From a virus (taxonomy: Duplodnaviria > Caudoviricetes), in the IMG/VR virus record IMGVR_UViG_3300032373_000080, positions 1 to 29,789 of that record: DNA of 29,789 nucleotides. One strand, given 5' to 3'. The notes below the pieces were generated by a model that did not search any database, was not told the origin of the DNA, and saw only the letters and a list, made by a program, of their open reading frames with translations. Made by a program: the position numbers and the translations under genes. This document shows positions 8,574 to 16,322 of this stretch, in pieces; position 1 is the stretch's first letter; each line of letters begins with the position of its first letter.

Positions 8574-8962
8574 GTAATATAATAGTTGATAGATGGTATC
8601 GTCCTAAAAGTACGGTAGGTATATTTACAGTACAAAATTTTTCATGTTTTAGTTTAGAATTGCCAGATTTAGAAAATCAAACTGGTATATCGTGTATTCC
8701 TGAAGGTACCTATAATTATTTCTCTCGGTATAGTCCGGGCAATAAGAGTCAAGTTATACAATTACTTGAAGTGCCCAACCGTTCATATGTTCAAGTACAT
8801 GCGGGAAATTTCACACGACAAATAAGAGGTTGTATCCTAGTAGGGGATGCAATTAAATTCATTGATGGTGACGAAATTCCTGATGTTTCTAACTCTAAAA
8901 ACACATTAGTTAAAGTTTTAGACTTGGCTGGGGATACTGGAACCATAACAGTAAGGAGTTAG
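8570..8962 (+). CDS. Putative endolysin, DUF5675-like (L,D-peptidase-like His/Cys motif)
   Basis: 130 aa; STVG...CFSLELP...SCIPEGTY...VPNRSYVQVHAGN...GCILVG matches my recollection of the DUF5675 pattern; lies between membrane proteins. Confidence 0.75.
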   Translation: MSNIIVDRWYRPKSTVGIFTVQNFSCFSLELPDLENQTGISCIPEGTYNYFSRYSPGNKSQVIQLLEVPNRSYVQVHAGNFTRQIRGCILVGDAIKFIDGDEIPDVSNSKNTLVKVLDLAGDTGTITVRS

Positions 8963-8964
8963 AT

Positions 8965-9423
8965 ATGTCATTTTGGGGTAGATTATTCGGTTCTTCGGAA
9001 ACTACCAAAGAAGCAATGAGCATGGTCAGAGATGGCTTAGACTCTATGTGGTACACTGATGAAGAAGAAGCAACAGATAAAGCTAGAGCAGTATCTGAAG
9101 GAAGACAAGTATTACTTGAATGGGTTAAAAACTCGCAAGGCCAAAACCTATCTAGACGTTTTCTAGCTATATCAATATCCGTAACTTGGTTATTTGGTAA
9201 ACTTTGTGGTGTAGGCATAGGTATTTATGCCTCATTTACCGAAAGTAAAGAACTGGTAGGTAAGTTACAAGAATCATCAAATATCGTAAGTGAGTTTTCT
9301 AGTGATATGACACCGGCCGTCATGTTAATTCTTGGTTTTTATTTTGCTGCTCCTCATATGGGTAAAATAGCAGAGGCTGCTTTAACTAAGTTTGGGGATA
9401 GAAATACTAAAGATGTTAAGTAG
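8965..9423 (+). CDS. Putative holin (resembles GTA 3TM-type holins)
   Basis: 152 aa; MSFWGRLFG start, WYTDEEEA, SQGQNLSRRFLA, TM segments and MLILGFYF; adjacent to the endolysin-like gene. Confidence 0.65.
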   Translation: MSFWGRLFGSSETTKEAMSMVRDGLDSMWYTDEEEATDKARAVSEGRQVLLEWVKNSQGQNLSRRFLAISISVTWLFGKLCGVGIGIYASFTESKELVGKLQESSNIVSEFSSDMTPAVMLILGFYFAAPHMGKIAEAALTKFGDRNTKDVK

Positions 9424-9480
9424 TGTTACAATACACACACACTGTACTAATTTTAATTAAACCAACTGAGGATAAATAAC

Positions 9481-9933
9481 ATGGCTAAAGGTGATACCGT
9501 ACTATTTGAGGAATTTCCCTATAATCTTGCACAAGCAACAATGAATCTAAGTACAGATTCATTTGCTTTAATTTTAATTAACTCTTTACCAAGTGCTGAC
9601 CAAGCAACACCAGGTTCTGCTGATTTTACTGAAGTAGCTGCTGGCGGTAATTATTCTACGGGTGGTATTGCACTGACAACTACCTTTGTAGAAGCTGCAG
9701 GTATTGCTACTTTTGATTCATCTGTAAACCCTTCTTGGGCTTTAGGTGCAGGAGGACCGACTGATATAGTAGCTGCTTTACTTATTAATACTACTATGGC
9801 AGGCGCTCAAGGTGATGCAGTAGGCTTCGTTGATTTAACTAATGATGCTGGGGTAACTCCTGTATCTTTGGTTGATGGTCCCGTATCTGTTAATTGGCAC
9901 GCTAACGGTATCTATAGAATTTTACGGGCATAG
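9481..9933 (+). CDS. Small beta-rich virion fibre subunit (module A)
   Basis: 150 aa; DSFALIL...TEVAAGGNYSTGGIAL...PSW...GFVD...VNWHANGIY pattern typical of small phage proteins that precede fibre genes; GAGG RBS. Confidence 0.65.
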   Translation: MAKGDTVLFEEFPYNLAQATMNLSTDSFALILINSLPSADQATPGSADFTEVAAGGNYSTGGIALTTTFVEAAGIATFDSSVNPSWALGAGGPTDIVAALLINTTMAGAQGDAVGFVDLTNDAGVTPVSLVDGPVSVNWHANGIYRILRA

Positions 9934-9946
9934 ATGAGGTGACACT

Positions 9947-12900
9947 ATGCCAGTAACTATACTCAATCCCGCAGTAGGTACTGCTGATAGCAATTCAAAT
10001 CCTGTAGCCCCTTCTGCAGGAGTTGACCGCTATTGGCGTATTACCTATATATACGATTCCAGTTCTTGGGCTAGTAGACCAACACAAATCCAAGTATCTG
10101 GGGATACTAATACAACATTAGATAGGATACATAGTTTTACTGGTACAGATTTTCAAATATTAACATTTGGGTGTAAAGACGCAGACATAGGCACTAACCC
10201 TAGCATTGCTAACGGTAGTCTATCTGCTTTAGATGGTGCACTTCCTCCTAACGATAACTTAACTATTGTCATCGGTGAAGTATTTGCAGGTGTAGACCAA
10301 ACTACTCCATTTACTGATACCATTAATGATGGTTATGATGTAAGTGATAGAACCAACAACGCAGATATACCATTTACTATTGACGCATTAAATGGTGCAC
10401 TTTGTTCTGTGGTAGTAGTTGCTAATGAGACTGCATTAACATGGGCGCTTACTGCTAATGGTTATACTGCTGGTAGTGCAGCAACAACTAATACAGCCTT
10501 TGAAGCACATACAGCTACTAAGTCGCTAACCGCTGCCGCAACCGATGAACTAACTACTTTCGGTACTGGTTCAAGTACTTCTGAGAATGCTGTAGCAGCT
10601 TTCGTATTTTTACCTACGGCTATAACTACTGTTGTATCTCCAGATACTGTTGATATTAATTTTGTTGTAGAAACTCCAACTGTACAAAGCGGTCTGATTG
10701 GGGAGCATGTTTACCCTGATACTGTGGATATACAGTTAGATGCTGACAATGCAGAGGTAGTTGCCGGTCCTCCAGAATTTCCTGGACTTATCGGACAACT
10801 ATCAAACTACACGGCTTCTACCGGTGTACTTACATTCTCTGGTATTGGTAATAATGGTTCAGGTTGTGGTTATAATCATGAGACTAAAAAAGTTTATGTA
10901 GTACGTAATAATACTGCTGAAGTTTTTGAGTATAACGAAGGTGACTACGATAATTTAATTCGTATCATTACTGTTTCCACTAACTATAAAGATACCGAGG
11001 GTGTCACTTATCTTGGTGATAACCGTATTGGTGTAGCAAGTGAGAATGGTAGTTCATATCGTCAAATTATCTTTACAATACCTACAGGTACCACTAACGT
11101 TAATGTAGTCCCTGACCAAACTTTATTCTTAGCTGAATCAGAAACAGATAACAATTCTGGATTAGAAGGTAATACTATTAATCTAGCTACTGGTGTTTGT
11201 TATGGTGTAGGTGAAGGAGAGCAGGCTAGTACCCCACGTAAGTTTTTACAGTGGACCTTACCTGTTGACCAAAATACAGATTATAACCATGCTGAGCCTG
11301 AATTAGATGCGTATGAGCCTTGGGACGCTGATACTGTATTTACTGGTTCAGGTAGTACATTGGATTTATCTGGTTGTTGTTTTGACCATACTAGTGGAAA
11401 TGTAATTATATCTTCCCATCGTGGAAGAAAAGTTATGTTGGTTGACCCAGCTAATGGAAATATACTAGATGAGTTACCTGCTACAGATTTAAGTCAAATT
11501 GAGTCTGTACAGATATTATCTAACGGTACTCTATTAATTGGTGGTGAAGCCAATGAATATCAATTATTCGTTCCTAACTTGGGTGAAGGAGAAGTTTCAG
11601 CTACCTTCGCTAACATAGAGATAGTGACAGAAAACGCTACTGTATCTAGTTTCTCTACTGTTGCTCCTATAGAAGCTACATCGGCTAATATAAACTTTGT
11701 AACTTACAGGGCTACGGTTGCTACCGGACAACTACCGGTAATATCTCCTATACCTCACGCAACTATTGCATTAGGTAATACCTATTCTTATACACCAGCA
11801 CTCTCTAATGGTGAAGACCCTTTCTGGTTTAAAGAGTATGGTCCCGACTCAATGACTGTTGACCCAGAAGATGGAAGTATCTCATGGGATTCATCTGTAT
11901 TGCTTCGTGGTCAGGGCATTAAAGTAGGTATTGGCTGTTCTAACGAAAGTGGTCAAGATATCGCATGGTTTGTAATTCATGTTGATAATACTGGAACCTC
12001 TAAGTTACTTGAACTAGGTATTGATACCGTATCTCCTTATATTAGGATTGCATGTCAAGAATCTATTGTAAATGGTGGAGATACTTTAGTAGTTCCTAGT
12101 GGGCATAGGTATGCTTCTGTAACTGCTGACCAATCATTTGAAAATACTTTTGCTGATGCAAATGTTAATGAAGTGCCAGAAGGCACTAACCTTCAAATGA
12201 CTACCATAATGTCCGAAGACTTTACTATTATTGATGCTGGACCTCATGATGGTATTCCAAGACAGGATGAAGCATTAGAATTGCTTATGCAGCCTAATGC
12301 ACCATCTAATTATGTTAAATGGTCAGGATTAGAGTGGACAGGTAATAATCGCCAAGCAATCAATTGCGGAGCTACACATAACGTATTTGAATTGGTGGGT
12401 GCTACTGATTCTGGGTATAACCTAGCTCCTACAACCTTTGTCGAAGCTGATGGGGCCTATGGTTCTGTTGCTGCAGGTTATTTACATGGTGAAGGTAGTG
12501 TATGGGAAAATAGTTACTGTTTTGGTCAATTTAGGTATGGCTTACAGTTTGGCGTAAGCATGTCAAATACTGTAATGAGCAGATGTATTGCACGCCCTGA
12601 TGAATATCATGGTGACCAGCCTAGAGGTGCATTAGTGCACTACACAGTAAGCTCTGCTAATATTCTTAATAACTTTGTTATTGATGGTGACCAAGAACAT
12701 TTATCACCATTCTACAAGAATTACGCCGGCGCATTTGGGTTACCTGCTACAGGCAATGAGACTGTTCCTGAAGACCAGTTAATGAATTGTAATATGGCTA
12801 TTAATAACCAAATGGTCACACTTACTAATGATGCAAGTAGAGCATCGGATACTCCTGACTTCACAGTTAAGAATTTGGTAGCTGCTGCGGTAACAAGTAC

Positions 12901-14392
12901 CGATACTCCACAAACTGGTTCTAAGTCTCCATTTATATTTAGAACTAAACTACAAACTGATTTAGATGGTTTTACCTTCTATGACGCCTCTCCGTATCCA
13001 GGGTCTAGCTACAATAGTGCTTATCTTGTGCAGTCCGGTTCTAATAACACCTTTGAAGCAAAAAATGGTATTGCATATAGAATGGGGTGGGATGGTGCAG
13101 TTAATGTAAATAATGGTGATTTTACTTCAAGTAACCAAGTAGGAAGTACATTAGATAATATAAATATATTTGATTTTCCTGCTAATGTTGGTGGTACTTA
13201 TACTACGACATCTAACGTCACTACTGATACTAACCCGACAAATAATGGATTAGATTACTTACCCCGAACTGAGGAAGGTAGTCCGGTACATACAGCAGGA
13301 CAAGGTGCTAATATCCTTACTTTTGCTGGACCATCTAACGTACTTGGTGGTGATGTGGGCTGGAGAGATGTAACTGATGAATGGTGTTGGCCTCATCCTG
13401 CTGAAGAACATATTGCTTCACGTATGTCATCTTACAGTAAGTCAGGCTTACCAGTACGTAATGCTACCATCGGAGTCGACCCAACTGACTTTACTGGTGC
13501 TATCAATGGTGCTCGTGGATTTGCTGCATCGGGTGAAAGTTTCTCAGAGTATATTTGGGGATACTTAGGCCGTACAGTTCCCCCATTAAGAGTTGAGGTT
13601 AAACAACTAACTAATGATTCTGCTAAGTTTTATATTGGTAAGTATCGTTCAGTTAGAGGTGACTCAATAACTAAGTTTAACTTGTATCATAAAACTGATA
13701 CTAACAATCCTGTTGCTACATTTACTGGATTAAACCATACCCTTACTAATATACCTGAAGGTACTAATGAATATGTACTTAGGGCTGTAGACCCTAGTAA
13801 GGTTACTGCTTATGATGGTAATGAGGCAGGTGAATCAGGAAACAGTAGGACTTTATTAGTTACAGTCGACGCTGTACCAGTGACAAGTGTTGATGCTACT
13901 TTAGCTACGATTAATCTTACTACATATCAAGCTGCTGTAGTTTCTTCCCCGGTAGGTGGTACCGTACCTGACCCAGTTGATACCTATCCAATTTTTATGA
14001 ATTATGGAACCAAGCCAGAGATACCGGATGTTATGAATAGTCCTATATTACCTCTGGGAGATGATGTTGATTTGGTGGCTCAATTATTACGCCGATGGAG
14101 ATTTTTCTCTATTAGTACTGGTACTGATATTTATGCTACTATTATCTCACTTGATAGACGTACCCAGTATACCAATCCAATTGCCCAGTTAGATTCACAA
14201 TCGGAAGCAAATTGGGGAACGTCACTAGTTAACGTTTCGATACCGGCAAATGAAACCGCCACTATCGCAAATTTACCAATATCTTGGACCAATGGAATAG
14301 CCCCAGCATGGTTAGAAATTCAGGTGAGATTACCTCACGGAACTAAAACTTTCTACGCAGGTGTTAATTTAAGTCTAAGCACTATCGACTAA
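9947..14392 (+). CDS. Large multidomain fibre/adhesin-like virion protein (module A)
   Basis: 1481 aa; N-terminal beta-sandwich-like domain, five ~20 aa linker repeats, SdiA-regulated-like propeller (DTEGVTY, NSGLEG, DLSG), Ig-like domain, beta-helix-like region, FN3-like domain, C-terminal domain shared with 16323-19379; GAGGTG RBS. Confidence 0.75.
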   Translation: MPVTILNPAVGTADSNSNPVAPSAGVDRYWRITYIYDSSSWASRPTQIQVSGDTNTTLDRIHSFTGTDFQILTFGCKDADIGTNPSIANGSLSALDGALPPNDNLTIVIGEVFAGVDQTTPFTDTINDGYDVSDRTNNADIPFTIDALNGALCSVVVVANETALTWALTANGYTAGSAATTNTAFEAHTATKSLTAAATDELTTFGTGSSTSENAVAAFVFLPTAITTVVSPDTVDINFVVETPTVQSGLIGEHVYPDTVDIQLDADNAEVVAGPPEFPGLIGQLSNYTASTGVLTFSGIGNNGSGCGYNHETKKVYVVRNNTAEVFEYNEGDYDNLIRIITVSTNYKDTEGVTYLGDNRIGVASENGSSYRQIIFTIPTGTTNVNVVPDQTLFLAESETDNNSGLEGNTINLATGVCYGVGEGEQASTPRKFLQWTLPVDQNTDYNHAEPELDAYEPWDADTVFTGSGSTLDLSGCCFDHTSGNVIISSHRGRKVMLVDPANGNILDELPATDLSQIESVQILSNGTLLIGGEANEYQLFVPNLGEGEVSATFANIEIVTENATVSSFSTVAPIEATSANINFVTYRATVATGQLPVISPIPHATIALGNTYSYTPALSNGEDPFWFKEYGPDSMTVDPEDGSISWDSSVLLRGQGIKVGIGCSNESGQDIAWFVIHVDNTGTSKLLELGIDTVSPYIRIACQESIVNGGDTLVVPSGHRYASVTADQSFENTFADANVNEVPEGTNLQMTTIMSEDFTIIDAGPHDGIPRQDEALELLMQPNAPSNYVKWSGLEWTGNNRQAINCGATHNVFELVGATDSGYNLAPTTFVEADGAYGSVAAGYLHGEGSVWENSYCFGQFRYGLQFGVSMSNTVMSRCIARPDEYHGDQPRGALVHYTVSSANILNNFVIDGDQEHLSPFYKNYAGAFGLPATGNETVPEDQLMNCNMAINNQMVTLTNDASRASDTPDFTVKNLVAAAVTSTDTPQTGSKSPFIFRTKLQTDLDGFTFYDASPYPGSSYNSAYLVQSGSNNTFEAKNGIAYRMGWDGAVNVNNGDFTSSNQVGSTLDNINIFDFPANVGGTYTTTSNVTTDTNPTNNGLDYLPRTEEGSPVHTAGQGANILTFAGPSNVLGGDVGWRDVTDEWCWPHPAEEHIASRMSSYSKSGLPVRNATIGVDPTDFTGAINGARGFAASGESFSEYIWGYLGRTVPPLRVEVKQLTNDSAKFYIGKYRSVRGDSITKFNLYHKTDTNNPVATFTGLNHTLTNIPEGTNEYVLRAVDPSKVTAYDGNEAGESGNSRTLLVTVDAVPVTSVDATLATINLTTYQAAVVSSPVGGTVPDPVDTYPIFMNYGTKPEIPDVMNSPILPLGDDVDLVAQLLRRWRFFSISTGTDIYATIISLDRRTQYTNPIAQLDSQSEANWGTSLVNVSIPANETATIANLPISWTNGIAPAWLEIQVRLPHGTKTFYAGVNLSLSTID

Positions 14393-14406
14393 AAGGCGAA
14401 GAAAAT

Positions 14407-14583
14407 ATGAATACATCTAGAGGAAAAGTAGATTTATACGCAGTAGTTTATTGTCAACATACAGGGATGCCAAAGATTGATAACCCTCTGAGTGTACCGG
14501 ACGTTGTATGGCATGGATTGTCTCAACGAGAAAAAGACCACGTTAACAATAGCGTCTTAGAACATTTAAGGCGCTATGATTAG
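14407..14583 (+). CDS. Small hypothetical protein, 58 aa (not in ORF track): MNTSRGKVDLYAVVYCQHTGMPKIDNPLSVPDVVWHGLSQREKDHVNNSVLEHLRRYD
   Basis: ATG 14407 to TAG 14583 fills the gap between the module A long gene and the module B subunit gene; purine-rich upstream sequence. Confidence 0.65.
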   Translation: MNTSRGKVDLYAVVYCQHTGMPKIDNPLSVPDVVWHGLSQREKDHVNNSVLEHLRRYD

Positions 14584-14615
14584 AATTTTTTAAACTTAAC
14601 TAGAGGTGATAAACC

Positions 14616-14990
14616 ATGGCTGTAACACACGAAGTTGCTGTACGCAACGCAATGGCAGACGCTGCTGTAGACCTACTTGATGTAGGTGCTGGAGCAAACG
14701 GTACGCTTGAGTTTCATACCGCAGGAGATGTAGAGGTTGCAACACTTGCCTTATCAGCTACTGCTTTTGGAGCTGCTGCTGCTGGAGTAGCAACTGCTTC
14801 CGCTATTAGTGATGATACTAATGCAACTGGAGGTACAACTACTAAAGCTGTATTTAAAGACCAAGACGGTAACGCAGTTATTAATTGTTCCGTTGGTACA
14901 TCAGGAGAAGACATTAATTTATCCAGTAATGTAATATCCGCTGGAGACACTGTACGAGTTACTTCTTTAACTTACACAGCACCAGCATAA
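14616..14990 (+). CDS. Small Ala/Thr-rich beta virion fibre subunit (module B)
   Basis: 124 aa; VRNAMADA...TLEFHT...VATLALSATAFGAAAAG...VGTSGEDINLSS...GDTVRVTSLTYT pattern of small fibre-associated phage proteins; GAGGTG RBS. Confidence 0.7.
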   Translation: MAVTHEVAVRNAMADAAVDLLDVGAGANGTLEFHTAGDVEVATLALSATAFGAAAAGVATASAISDDTNATGGTTTKAVFKDQDGNAVINCSVGTSGEDINLSSNVISAGDTVRVTSLTYTAPA

Positions 14991-15007
14991 GTAATACTTA
15001 AATGTTT

Positions 15008-15040
15008 GCCCAATATTGTTATAATCTAGCAATATTGGGT
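15008..15040 (+). promoter_or_regulatory. Inverted repeat enclosing a consensus extended -10 element (promoter/operator and/or terminator hairpin)
   Basis: CCCAATATTG (15009-15018) / CAATATTGGG (15030-15039) flank TG-T-TATAAT (15017-15025). Confidence 0.6.
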
Positions 15041-15089
15041 TATTCATATATAAACAACTCATCAACTACAATTTACTAGAGGATAGAGC

Positions 15090-15434
15090 ATGTCAGACCC
15101 AATCCCCAACATTGATGACAAAGCAATGTCTGAGTTAAAGAAAGAAGCTCTACGCCCTGTAATTGTTATATCTGCATCAATTCTCATATTATCAATAACA
15201 TTCAATAACGTTGGCTTTAGACGTGTAATCGACGCTTATGCAAAATCACTTGAACATAAAATAGAAAATTCTGTTGAGTGTAAAACTGAAATTGCTAAGG
15301 TAAATACTGCCGAATTAAATACACAAATAGAAAGCCAAGTTAAATTATATTTAGATTCTTATATGAAGCCGTACAATAGTAGATTAGTAAACGTAGAAGA
15401 ATTAGCTCACAGTAAAGGGAATAAGAAACAATGA
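15090..15434 (+). CDS. Single-TM membrane protein with C-terminal helical region
   Basis: 114 aa; TM segment PVIVISASILILSITF; GAGGA RBS; ATGA overlap with the next gene. Confidence 0.75.
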   Translation: MSDPIPNIDDKAMSELKKEALRPVIVISASILILSITFNNVGFRRVIDAYAKSLEHKIENSVECKTEIAKVNTAELNTQIESQVKLYLDSYMKPYNSRLVNVEELAHSKGNKKQ

Positions 15435-16321
15435 AAAGAGTAATAATTTTACTTCTGTCGTGTTTAGTACTTAATGTACATTCAGCAGAATTAGCTGACT
15501 ATGTACCTGAAGGTCCAGCAAGCACTATAGGAAACGGTACAGACCTTAGCGGTGTTGCTTATGGCTCAACGCAAGAAGGCCTATTTGGGGAATTCACTGT
15601 AGATAACTACAATGCGACATTATCATACCCCGGTGACAAAACTTGTAACTTAGGTGGAGATTTAGAAGGCGTAACCATGGGCCAAAACCCAGGAGATGTC
15701 TATGTCTTAAATGAATCCATTAATGGTATTAGAGGGGTAACTGTAAGTTCCTCTGGATGTACTGACACTAATAAGTTTAAAGTCAATCTATCTAGTTCAA
15801 GTAGTGATGGTTTAGAGGGAATAGTGTATAAAGACAATTGGTTATATTTCATTGATGAAAGAACTTCTGTTATTTATAAAGCACCTTCAGACAGTACTGG
15901 CTATTCAGTATCTCTTACTACTTTATTTACAGTACCTAATTGCTTTTTAGGTAGTGGACTGACATTTAATGGCGATAATCTGGTAATTGCTTGTGATAAT
16001 CAGGAAGGTAATGGAGGAAATGGTACGTTATACGAATACACCTTAGATGGTGGTTACGTATCTGAATTAGATGTAGACTTCACTAATGTTGAGGGTGTTA
16101 CATTTAATGGTAGTCAATTAATTGTTACCGGTGAACCAAACGTAATACAGAGATTCTCTGCAGGTGACCCAGTTGACCCTCCACCGCCACCACCAGGACC
16201 GACTGAAGAAACCTGTACATTTTCAGGTGAAGTAGTAGTAAATATTGAAACAGGACTTTGGGATGCTCAAACGGTACCTTTTGTCTGCCCAACTTTAACT
16301 GTCAGCGGGACATTAAACTAA
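15431..16321 (+). CDS. Signal-peptide-bearing SdiA-regulated (YjiK-like) beta-propeller protein
   Basis: 296 aa; MKRVIILLLSCLVLNVHS|AE signal; blade motifs DLSGVAY, DLEGVT, DGLEGIVY, GSGLTF, NVEGVTF, GEPNVIQRF; Pro-rich linker and a small C-terminal domain with two Cys. Confidence 0.75.
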   Translation: MKRVIILLLSCLVLNVHSAELADYVPEGPASTIGNGTDLSGVAYGSTQEGLFGEFTVDNYNATLSYPGDKTCNLGGDLEGVTMGQNPGDVYVLNESINGIRGVTVSSSGCTDTNKFKVNLSSSSSDGLEGIVYKDNWLYFIDERTSVIYKAPSDSTGYSVSLTTLFTVPNCFLGSGLTFNGDNLVIACDNQEGNGGNGTLYEYTLDGGYVSELDVDFTNVEGVTFNGSQLIVTGEPNVIQRFSAGDPVDPPPPPPGPTEETCTFSGEVVVNIETGLWDAQTVPFVCPTLTVSGTLN

Positions 16322-16322
16322 T

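Noticed and set aside
9421-9450. ACACACACAC run and weak inverted repeat after the holin-like gene
   Set aside because: Too short and imperfect to call a terminator or functional repeat
15431-15490. LLSC as a lipobox making this protein an o-spanin
   Set aside because: Cys at position 11 is early, hydrophobic residues continue to a VHS|A signal peptidase I-like site, and a 296 aa propeller does not fit an o-spanin
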